Origin: Catajapyx aquilonaris
Lineage: Eukaryota
Length of the DNA: 64,000 bases
Assembly (NCBI GenBank): GCA_000934665.2
Contig: KZ538290.1
Span: 1-64,000 of the forward strand
Direction: 5' to 3'
In this document: one piece after another, positions 51,992 to 64,000 of the stretch
How the letters are laid out: each line of letters opens with the position of its first letter
Numbering within the stretch: the first letter of the stretch is position 1
Notes under the pieces: generated by a model
Told to the model about the DNA's origin: nothing
Database searches by the model: none
The model's input: only the letters and a program-made list of their open reading frames with translations
Made by a program: the position numbers and the translations under genes

Positions 51992-54900
51992 CGTTTGCTC
52001 TTCTCTGGTGCATTCACTCTTTCGTTTGTTTTTGTAGTAGCGCTTTTTAAAGGGTCTGATTGCTTATAGCTTGGTATCGCCGTGTGGATTCACACCGACT
52101 GGGAAATATGGCGATTGCTAGCTGCTCACCATCACATGTCCTGTGACTATTGTCCCTTCTACAACCCTCCATGAAAAATCTTGTGTCTCCTCTTCCACGT
52201 CTGTACTTTTCTATCGTGTTCGAAAGTTTAAACAAAATGACAAAAAAATTGAAAAAACAACTACAAAAAAATATGTTCGTATTCCTTTACGGACCCATGA
52301 TGCTGCAGATTTTGTTTTCAATTTTACTTGAAAAAAATAACATTCAGAAACTGTCACTATTGCTGGCTAAAAATGCTATGGTTTAACTTATTGTTGTTTT
52401 TTTTCGTATAGCTGCCTTGTCGCACGCTTCAGATTTGGATCTACGTATCATGGGCCCTATATTCGCTCTCGATGCCATACATAGCGCATCATATTAAAAA
52501 TACAACTTCCATTTAGCTTAGTTGTCTTGACATTGTAATCCCTGTATTTGTGTCCATTTATCGTTCTATCCCATATAGGATTAAAAAGAGTGTTATAACT
52601 AATATTGTAACCAAATACTGTCCTACTTCTAGTACTCGATGGGAGATTGAAACATAATATAATTCGCTATTAGAATAACTACAAGTGAAAAGGGGAGACA
52701 TGTTGTGCAACTACAGTATTGAAGCGGCTGTAGGTGTTGTGATCACGTCCATTTATAGGTGTCTTTCCATAGCATTGGTTCTTTATATGAAAAATAAGCA
52801 GCCTTTCACAAGTGATGTTCTGCAAGTCTGTATGGCATCGAGTCGTCTTGAAGTGTCTTGTTTGTGAACAGAGTTCATTATTTTTGCTAGAGGAGATTTA
52901 TGCCACCAATCATAGTTAATATTAGTCCTTTTACTGGACTGCTTTGGGCTGATTGTCCGCGACCAGCACACATGCGGCTTAACAACCTGGAATAATTAAA
53001 AAGTATACATAGAATATTTAAACAAATTTAAGCATGTGCTGGCAAAACAATGAAAGAGTACCGAGATGTTCACATTATTTTGTTGCATCTGAGGCATGTG
53101 GCCTCCTAGATGCTCCGCACTTGATGTAAAGACTGTTCTATATTATCGAATCTTCTCCTTAGTTGGATGAAGGACTGCCTCCTCTTTCCGTAAACAGACA
53201 AATTTTGGCCTTTCAAATTACCGGTTTTTCAAATTATCATGCACGAGATGTTTTGTATCTGATAATCAGCATCCAGTGAAACAGTCAGTCGAGTCTATTG
53301 GTCTAGAAGTACTTAGCGGGACCATCTGCTCTATTTGCGGAGTTTTTCTAAGATGAATATAACTATATTCTTGAAAGGGAGACCCAGAGTTGAGGAAAGT
53401 CTTCCATCCAGACTAATGCTTTTCTTTTCTTGTTCCCCCCCCCTCCCCCACCCTTCTGGATGTCCTGTACTTCTTTCTACCGCCCCTCTAGTCATCCTTC
53501 TGTGTGTTACCGACATTTCAGTCCATACATCAATAATCGTGTAGTGGAAAGGCCAACAGTGGGGGTTCACGGTTGGCAGGATAATCATTTCATATTACTT
53601 TGACCATTGTATAGATGTCAGCAAGAGTAGTTATCACGCCAGAAGATAAATTTTGTGTCGCAAAACCTACTGAGTTCTTTCGACATTCTTACTGGTCTTG
53701 TGACTACATAGCGTATAATACATAAGTATACAGTACTTATTAGACAATTGTCGTCACTCTTTTGATTGCAGGAAACAAATCAAGAGTTGTACAGTCTGAA
53801 AGTAAAGTAACTTTTCATTTCTTTCCTCATTCTGAATGAGAATAATTTGGTCAATAACAGACTAAATTCTTTTCATAGAGTTGAGGATTTGTCAGATAAT
53901 TAATTAGGACTATTCGACGGCTGATTTGGGCACCAGGAGTCCGCGACTGTCGAACACGCCGACATCCTAGATAACGACCTGATATGACCACCAACCGAGA
54001 TGAATGGAGTAGCCCACCGTCAGGGACTCCTGGTTAGCTGATAGGTATATACTATAGAGTAAGGATATTTGGTCAAGTGTGAATGTGCAGATGAAAAAGA
54101 CAAGAGAGTGACTACTTCAGGAGATATTTGACGCGTTTCATTGGCTACGATTCCAGTGTGGGTTTCCAAGCCTCATTATTTGACCTTAACATACCAAATA
54201 TTGAACAACAATCAGACAAGTATTATTGTAAAATCTACTTGATGTTCTGAAGTAATTGATCTAATAAAAATGACTTTAAATTTTTATCGGCGTTTAGATT
54301 CTTCCTTACTGCCAAGGTTTGTTGGGAAGTATTGTGCGTACTACTCATGGTGCCGGTACTGATTAGTTAGATTTTCTCCACAGGTATATCAATCACCACG
54401 ATAGTCTTGATAACAAAAAAAACTATTCTAAATTCTTAATAATTATTACGATTTGAGCTTCATGATATTGAAATCATAAAAATACTGCAACAAATAATTA
54501 ACTTCCGAGAGTGTCTGAATTGCGCAAGGCGATTGTAATAACGAGGATAGACCATAACATGCAACACAATGCGATCAATAGAATAATTTAGCACGTGACA
54601 TCACTCCTCTGCAATTACGTAGAGCCCATGCCAAGTAGCTCTCAAACACTGCAACACTCGTCAGATCTTGTAGACTACATTACTCTACTGTACGCTGAAA
54701 GCAACTAAGCGAAAACAGAGATATTATATATGCAAGGATCTTATCAACTCTCCTAACACAAAAAAAAATCCAGGCTATTCATAGAAACGACGCAGTGAAA
54801 AGTGCTCTAGGCTTCATTAAGGAGCCTAACGTATATGCCAAACAACATGAACTTGGAGAGAGAAAAAATCTGAGGATTCCAAGTTCCATTACAGCTACAG

Positions 54901-56351
54901 TACAACTGTAGTACAGTACATCATGCGGTGCAATATCCCAAAGTCATAATGGAAGGACAATGATAAAACTACCTGAGTAATAAAATAAATTGAATAAGGC
55001 ATATATAAAATAGGTGGGTGGAGTTTTGCCAGTAGCCAATTTCTTTTCTCCGGCTCACTGACGATTTCTGGGACGAGCTTGGTGGAAGGAGAGAAAATAT
55101 TGTTATCTCTCCAGCAGAAAAAAAACGCAAGAAGGTGAAAGAAAAGGGGGGAAAAAAAGCAATCGACTTCGCCCAGGGAGGTCCCTTTTCATGGGGTAAA
55201 TATGAAAGTATTTTTCACGTCTGGATCCGCTGGAAATCGGACCTTTTCCTGCCTGTGGTTCCTGACGAGTTGAGTGACTCTGATGCAAAAACATTTTCGC
55301 TTGGGAACGGCTGCCGTGAAGTTTTCATTATGTGCTCCAGACAACTTTAATTTTTCATCTGACAATTTCATGGCGTTTGATGAAAAAGGGGCGTTTTCAT
55401 TTTATCACGACCCACGTCTCCATTCCTGAAAATAGCACCCAACGCATGATTACTTCATTAATATACGCACCAATTAACAAAACTACGCTTGCTGATTGTG
55501 ACGCAAATCGAAACATGGGAGTCTATTGCAAAAATGTAGGGGTCACCTTGCCGGCTCGTACCTGGCAGAAGCCTATAAAAATTGTTTCTCCAGCAGCATC
55601 CATTCCCGAGTCATGTGCACGCTTTGCACTGTATACAGTATAGATACGCCATATGTATAAATTAGCCAGTGCGTCATAGGGCCCTCAGTCCTCTCGTCCG
55701 ATTCCCAAATCTAAGGCGCTCCATTTCTAATCCCTCGTCCGTTTCCTTTGAAAGGCAATCGTAGGAACACATGCATAATTGATGACTTAGCCTCAAAGGA
55801 GTTATATAACCCAGGACATCTAATAAAATCCTACACCATTAAATTTACGTAGAAAAGTAAACTTGTGCCATCAAGTCCGCCTTGGCCGTCTCTAGGGCAC
55901 AGAGTAATATCCCAACTCCCGGATGCTGACTTAACTCACAGTGATACAGGATTACTCAGACGCTATACATCGTAACAGTGCATGTAAGATATACCCTTGT
56001 CTACATCCAACTTGATAATCCCCAAGACTGATACGACTTCAATCTTTATTCCTCCCCATCCTGAATTCTCATTAAAAAAGAAGATGGATTTCCTGCACTA
56101 CAGAGAACAAGTCCTATCGGTGCCTATTATGAGATGCGGTATAGACCCTGCGAATCCTCTCCTCTGGTGGACGTTATTGGATTCCTATACTGAGGGGGGA
56201 TCGAATAAGTGTGTAAGATGGATGAAAGACATGCTTCATCTGATATTAATGCACTTGTTACCGTCCTTTTTTTCGACCATGGCTTGGAAAATCATCTGGA
56301 GAGAGGCATATCAAGGTAAGAATGTACATTTTAAGAAGTATACTTATAAAT

Positions 56352-56597
56352 GAAGGGGTCGGTGCAATACCGCCCTAACCCACCAAATGACACAAATTGA
56401 GTTAAGCACACTATGTACTACAATCATGTATCTAATAAAATCCATTGAAATTGTGCAGTTTCTGCCATCGGTCACTGAGAAATCAAATGAAATAAGTCAC
56501 ATGGTATATGGGATGTATATGGCCTCTCAAACTTTCAACTGCAGTTTTCTCAAAATCAGGTTTGGGAGGGTTAGGGCAGTATTGCACCGACCCCTTC
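56352..56597. mobile_element. MITE with 4-bp AAAT target duplication (Sola-like)
   Basis: AAAT|GAAGGGGTCGGTGCAATAC...GTATTGCACCGACCCCTTC|AAAT; about 30-bp TIRs. Confidence 0.8.
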
Positions 56598-59500
56598 AAA
56601 TATTGAGGTCGAAATGAAAAGATAAACATCAAGAAGCTTAAATATTACACTATAGAGATGCTTCTGCATATACCTTCTCATGTAACAAGGACTTTGTAAG
56701 TACAGTACATATTGCTGACTGGATATAACATAGTATACTGAAAAGCTAGCGGAGATTTAATCTCGTAACTAAAATATCGTATGGTCACATCGTATGGAAA
56801 GTTGTTGTTACCCCACTGTCATAATTCAGCAGCCCGTACTGTATGAGAATTGATTTTTTTTCAGCTTCTCGGTGAAAAGCAAAAAAATGTCACGCCTGGC
56901 ACTGCGATGTTGCGTGATGAATGATGGCAGCTTTGTCAAACTTTTCCAATCGCACAAACAAAATTAATGGTTCTATGAACGTCCATTTTGTTCGCAATAA
57001 AATATACGAATCTGGGATTCAGGTTGCATCCTTGTGGCAGTAGCACATACAGTGCTTCCCTGAAATCAACCCAGTGGATTTCAGCAAAAAGGTAGAAGTG
57101 CGCAGTGAAACGTGGAATAGCCGGCCAGACGAAACCGAAAACCATCCAAGTTTCATGTGACCTTGCTGGTCTCTAAAACGACATCAAATCAATAATTATT
57201 TGAAAGTCAGTAAATACCCCCCAAAAATGGCCTTAGCTGCCGAACAAATACAGGAGAATGTATCTCACAACCAAGCAATATACTGCTCTGGAAAAGCGAA
57301 ATATTGATATGGTTCCCAATCCACATGAATTACTGGATGTTAACTTGAATCAACATATAAGCCTCCTACTCAATTGACTAAACCTGCATATTTTATGAGG
57401 CTCAACTAGGCCCAAAGTGTAGTCAACAGTCAGCACAAATTTAAACCATTTAAGAGCCTTCCACAACAAGATTTATTTAGTCAGGCGGGAAAAAACCCGA
57501 TTGTAAAGCGAGGCGTAACTTCAGCTTAGTGTCTTGCAATTCAGGTTTTATTTTCGCCGATAAGGTGACAGTGCGGAATCTCCTCTTAACTGAGACAATG
57601 TAATACAGACCAGCATTGATACCACTGTAGCATCTCGTTATTTGAGTTAAAATCGGCCACGTAACGGAGTCACGAACTTGTGGCTAGGTACTGAGTGGGA
57701 TTAAAGTCCAATTTGTGAACGGGAGGACTGAGTCTCGCTCGTAATAAGAAAAGGCTCCCTTTTGGATGGAAATAGCCTGGGAAACTTGGCGATTTCAATG
57801 CGTCGAATAGAGGTCTTTGTGGCTGCGCGTTTGATTCTTAAATAGGCATTCATGGCTATAAAATTAACCTTTACAGCTTTTGAGCCAATTTACTTTTATC
57901 TTTTGCACCATATGACCTTTGAATCTTCACTGTAATTTCCGCGAAGAGACGCTTTTGTACGATTTCTCTGAAAGAGCTTACATCAGAGGCGTTGATTCAA
58001 TGTATACATTTTCTTCATAAGATGCTGGGATAAAGTTAATCTTTCGTTGCCGCTCAATTCACACGCTACTTAGGATATTATTGCGTCGATGCTAAGTCAA
58101 AGGGTCAAGTTAAAAAGGAGCAGAGAGCGTGGGCTTGTGCAAAGTGAGACTTTGGCATCTTTTACTAACCACTACCACCATTAACGACATGCATATAATC
58201 TAACGCCTGACGATGTTATCACATCATGCCTCATTTTGAACATTATTTTAAAACATCATGTCCGTCTAATAAAATACAGCTAAACTCAACAGTGGCCGAC
58301 AACAGTGACTCCTTGGCAACAGAGGTTTTTTTTCTGTTTGGAACTACATACCCTACAAAAATGCTGACTCTCCTGACAGTGCATGCTTAAATTATTATGA
58401 GCCACACAGCCACAGTTTTGCCTCCCCTTTGGTATTACTGCTGACTGTCGGGTTTGCATTTTTTTAAATATTGGCAAGCACACGAAGCACTGTACCGTTA
58501 TGTGACATCCCTCGCATACTGAGCGCATTTAGATGAATTAGTGTCAGTAATGATTCTCTATACTCTCAAGCACTGCAACTTTGGCGTGTTACCTGCATCC
58601 CAGAGGAAATCCACTTATCAACTTACTCCAAATAATATATAGAAACCGTACTAAAACTTCCGATGACTGCAACATAATGTGTTGTTCCCTCTCTTGAGCA
58701 GCTCCACCCTGAGTCAACAATCAACCAGGTCCTCCAAACCCCTTCATCTATAAGATCTAACTCCGAAGAGCTTTGACAAATTCATCACCCAAAACCGAGG
58801 TAAAGGGGCATGAGTCAAAGAGATGTAACTGATCGTAAATTCATAACTGATAACAAGCCGAAGTGAAATATCTGATTCAGTATTTTCTCTTACCAAGATG
58901 TAATCCAGCAACCACAGTTTAATGAGATTCAACAATCAGAGCAAAGTGAATTGTTACTTCCAACAGGTTGCTTCTCTTTAACGACGTTACTCGGGTCAAT
59001 AATTCATATAACCTTTCTCGCTCTTACGCCATATCCTCCACGTGAACTAGGGACTTGGGCAATGCATCACCATGTATATGTATCCAGCAAAAACTGCTGG
59101 TAATTACCATTATTATCTACCGTTAATCAGCAACAAGTGGACAAGTTCTTAGGAAATTGTTGCTCCCTCCTGATACTGGTTGCAATACATCACGTATGAC
59201 ATAGCCATTCTGTAATTTATTTAACAGAGTCTCCATTATCCTTCGATTATTATCCGACATTCCACTCTATTTGACATATGCTCTGTTGCGTGATTGTAAG
59301 TTAACGATAAGGCCGGATTATAAAACTCGGATTAGTTCCAGTGATAATGCTTACAAACACGTACAACCCCAGGGCAATTTGTCCATGATTAATCTACGAG
59401 TTATATCCACATTACGTTCGGTTAAGGTATCAGTTTGAAAGTTTCACAACCTTAAATCTGAAATATTGATCAAATCAAAAGTCATCAATAGTTTGGATTA

Positions 59501-62500
59501 ATAGGGTCAGTATAGTTGGGTTGGCCTTGAGTGTCCCATAATCTCAATCATATTAGTGCTTAATTTATGCAGTGAGCTTAAAAAGCAGTTAACTTTTTAG
59601 TCCATGTAACTGTTAATATAATATAATAGTTTATTCGGTGTGTCGATAATTTTAGACGTAATTGGTTTCGAAATATTTAAAATGTAGGAAAATATTTCGT
59701 TTAGGACAGTAACCTCACAGCTCAGGCAGGTTTACCGACAGATTGAAAAATTAATGGCGAACATGATATTGGGAAAAGGTTCATACAAAATTAATCTGGG
59801 CCTAATCAAATCATGTATAATTTATATGCTACAGACCGTGGAGAGTAATGGCATAAATTCTTACATTTTGCAGTTTTGATTAATTTTTTTTCTCCAGGGA
59901 ATTTTTGAAAGTCCCATGAACTTCTTTCCGACTATAAATTGACTAAATCAGTGCTCCACCAATCATGAAAGGAAAGGAAAGGAAAGGGACGAATTCCCCG
60001 AGTGCCAAATTACTCGTAATACCTGAAAAAAATAGGATAAGAAATGACTCCGTGAAAAATAGACTTGGGAAGTACCGTACCGTTGGCCTAACTCAATTTT
60101 GAAATAAAACCCGATTAAATTCATTACCATGTTCCAGGAGAGTCCTCTAATGATTATTTTAAAATAACTCTTGCTCCTCTCAATTATTCATATTCCTCGT
60201 GCATAATGTGAACCACTTCTAATTCAGGGGTTCTTCATTAATTCCTCACAAATGATCCGTAGACCTGGTTGTACTGTACCACTCAAGGCAGATAATCTAA
60301 CCAGGATCTGATGGATGTTAGATATCTTGGAATATAACGAATAATATCTGTTAAATCCTGGATAGATCATTTAACGTGACGGTAGCAACCCGGACTTTAT
60401 TTGTGAACGACAGGTCGATAGTTTGTTAAGTACAGGTCATAAACTAGTGACCTATAAATCTATGAATGAAAGCTGACAAAATCCGTTAGGGCCGGCACGC
60501 AAGTTACGGATAATTACACATAATATTGTTTACGTACAGGCTTCGTATTTATCGTAAATAATGTTCATATACAACCAGCTTATCAGTTAAACCTCACACC
60601 GGCAGCGACAATCACTAAAGTCAGACCATATATCATAAAAATAATTTAATAACAACTCCTGGGGCTATTTTGTTCAGACGTATTTGATATTCCTGCATTG
60701 TTTCAAACAATGGCTACTTTATTTCGTGAAATGTTACAAGTAAATCAGACAACACAACATACAGTTCATTGCAAATTGGCACGGAATATTTCACAGTAAT
60801 TGCATATCCTGCATTTCCTTTGTCACCATCACATACAACAACATGTCACCCTTACAGCATACTGCCCTTATCCCTCTCACTGCGCACATTCTGGCCACTC
60901 CGCCTACACGCATAATCCCGCTCTGACGTCATGGGAGCTCCCACGAGGTCATACTTTAATCCGCATACTACTCATTTGCATTCTCCCTTAACCCTCATTT
61001 CTCAATCTTGCCTCTAAAGGGGCTTGAAAACTCTCAAGGCAGAAGCTGCTACCTACTTTGATCTCAGTTTTTTGCTCGTTTATCCTTATTCTTGGGAGGC
61101 TCATGTGGTTACTTGCTATTCGACTACAACACGACTCGTCTCACACCCTTTCCTCCAATTTGCATGCTGTTAATTATGAGTAGATATAGAAATTCTACCA
61201 AGTTTGGCCCTGTCACGCAGCTTCTGGGACACTGACGAAGGAACTGACCATAAATTGGGCTCATTAAAGTAGGAGGTAGGATGGGTGAGGGTGAGGGGTG
61301 TGTCGTAACACTAGGCGTGTTCAATGGCACATGTGGGGAGGCCAAATGCGCTCGGTTGAAAACAGGCTGTAAAGTCTAGAGCAAAATGGGTATACCGGAG
61401 CAGAAACTGCTAAGTGCATGGCAACAATGGTGGTTGTAAAAAAAAAAAAAAAACACAGCAAAACTGACGAATGTTCAACAGTTTTTTTTAGATGGACATA
61501 TTTGCATATATTATTATGCGGCGTAGGTAGTTGGCTTTTTTGGCACCGGAGGCAATTGGCCAGATCTGCCAATTCGCACAATTCAAGCGCTTATTATTCA
61601 ACCAGCTCATTAGTAGCGTGACACTACATTAAAAGCGTGGTGCCCTATAGGCGATTACAAAAACTGGATATTACATCGCCATCATTTTTTTAAAAAAAAT
61701 CTCACTTTAACTCACTTCCTATCGATATCACGGCCGCCATAGCGATTACATGCCTGTCTGGCTTCCCTAATTGGCTAATTCCTTTCTATTCCCCGATGGG
61801 AATTCGCTCTCGAATAAAATTTGGTCCTCGTAATGATTGTGGAACAAACCTTGACGGGTTTGGATGTCTTTGGTAACATATAAGCCTCATTGATGACACT
61901 TTGACAGAAAGAATCACTTATACGAACTACCTCTTTTCATTGAAAATATTACACCTTAGGACACGACTAAAATACTCAAAAGTTGAAAGTGCGCACAATG
62001 TCAATTCTAGCTGTATATGAAAGTGATGGAACGTTATGCGTGGCTCTTATCGCAGTTGGAGTGAGTAATCCATCACCACCATTTTACCCGAGAATTCGAA
62101 CCGCATGGATATTCTCGACATATTAACCATGCACCTGTCTCACAATTACGTACTTGGTAATGTACACAAAAAAATGGCATATTTTGTAGATGTAGGCCAA
62201 AATCAAGTGTTGACAAAAAGAAGAAAAAAAAAAGAGAGAGAAGGAATTGGTCCCATACCCTCTTCGTCGCCGCATCGATCCTGTAGCACCGTAGCGCTAC
62301 CTGATGAAACTTTCATGATCTTCCGGCTATGTTGCCGCGCTGACATCATGCCATGCATCTTACATAAGCAATGCAACTATCTTTTCCGGAAGCTTGCTCT
62401 CGAGTTGGCCAATCGCTCTGATGTACGGTGTGCCAAATCTCAGAAGGCAGAAAACCAAGTTTGAAAATGCGAAGGAAGGAGGAAAATAGGGGGGTTTAAA

Positions 62501-63458
62501 AAAAAAGAAGTTTCGAATTGGTCAAAAAACTTGGATGGAAAAGTTCGGAGGCAGCGTTCTTTTGTTCGCCTTTTTTTTTTTTTTAATCTTCTTGCTGACA
62601 TCCTAATCTGATCCAGCAGGTCAGCGATCCGCTCGTGCGGACAAGAGAATCCGTGTAAATGCCTCCGGTTCGATAGCACGCCTCTGGATTTCCGGAGGAT
62701 TGGGTTGGAAGGGAGGATTGGGAAGGAGAAGATGGTGAAGACGATGTGAACATCACTCTTTGAGAATTATTGAGCCTATTCTGACAAGTCACTTTTTGGA
62801 GGAACAATCGCAACTAAAGTTGAAGACAATTTATTTAAACTTTATCCTTTTCTTATCATTTTCGTATTTTTTTAAAAAAAAGTTTACTGACAGAACGTAT
62901 GGCGTGGTCAGATTATCCGTAAGTATTTTTAACATATTGGAAACCTATTTTTGGATGGGCCTCGGCGAATGGGACACGCTATATGTATGGTCAATCCAAC
63001 AAGTGAGATGGGATAATATTGTGCCAGGTTGTAAAAACCAATCGATGCAAAGGTCAAAGAACTGGTGTCATTAGGCCATGCACGCGAGCAGTCCGAAACA
63101 TCATTGTTACCATGACTAAAAGTATCCGTCCGTCTGTCTAGTAAGTCAAAAGTATACTAATGGTTCAGAGAGCATGTCACAAGGGTAAATACTGCATGTA
63201 TTTTTTTTTTTGTAAAGGGGTAAGGTAGAGCATTGATCTATACATAATTGCATAAGTACGGTCAAAGACAGTAAGGTTCAATGGACTTTCACTAAATACT
63301 GCTACATTAAAATCTTGAAGTGCATTTACTCGCACCAGTCTACTGTCAGCGTTTGCCAGCTCTGATTTGCTACATTTTACACCCTATTTTTGTATTCTCA
63401 GTGTATGCTATTTTATAGCTGCTTACAGATTAACATTTAGATTTACACAAAAAAAAAA

Positions 63459-63512
63459 CTGGCAGGCTATAAATATTTGCTTTCTGAAAAGCAAATATTT
63501 ATAACCCACCAG
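63459..63512. repeat. Short inverted repeat / hairpin
   Basis: tataaatatttgcttt-ctga-aaagcaaatatttata core with an imperfect extension. Confidence 0.7.
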
Positions 63513-64000
63513 GTCTTTGACATCTTCGACATCTTTGACATTTCGACTGTGCCCTACAAACCTAAAAAAAACTACTATAGGCTATACGTATCAAACACTA
63601 TAATATTCACGTTGAATAAGGAAACACTGGCCCAATGAACAGAAGTTTCATCCTGGTTTGTATGCAACAGCACCCTTGTACAACGAATAGCATAACACGC
63701 AGGATTACTTTGTCATGCAGTTTTGGCACATAAATGTGAGATGTCCAAATACGAGTAGCTGAACTATTTAAAATTTGATTAAAACATGTGACATTACGTA
63801 CATTGCGCTTGAGAAGATACTGCTCGATAGTTAAGCCTACTTTAATATAATTTAGTTGTAGTCGAGAGCGGAACTGTATATGAACACTGCAGATGCATAT
63901 TATCTGATATTATGTGTTCTTACAGAAACTCATACACAACGTTCAAGACCTTTGACCTTGCAAAACTGAATGCACATTACTGTGTAAAATCATAACGCAT

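Noticed and set aside
55997..56353. 118-aa ORF ending near an AAG|GTAAG donor-like site
   Set aside because: No recognisable family and no partner exons found.

Overview
AT-rich, intron- and transposon-rich eukaryotic DNA, most likely from an arthropod. (1) A complete 4-exon plus-strand prohormone-4 (IDLSRF-like neuropeptide precursor) gene: CDS 15068-15194, 44354-44485, 49279-49431 and 51538-51731, 201 aa, with a signal peptide, the peptide LDLSKLYGHRNI-KR, an LDL-receptor class A module and a 29 kb first intron. (2) Head-to-head with it, a 4-exon minus-strand gene (11886 to 10552, 225 aa) encoding a very divergent Bax inhibitor-1 (BI-1/TMBIM6)-like membrane protein that lacks the canonical aspartate pH sensor and the C-terminal tail. 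(3) Most of 1-14.2 kb appears to be a decayed minus-strand tandem array of this BI-1-like gene: about 8 well-supported and up to about 13 pseudogene copies around one intact copy. These are largely invisible in the ORF track and were aligned by eye, so copy number and boundaries are approximate. (4) Many repeats: two degenerate Tc1/mariner transposase fragments, two tRNA-derived SINEs, several palindromic or TIR MITEs, and a (TTA)28 microsatellite. No gene could be confidently identified in 52-64 kb.
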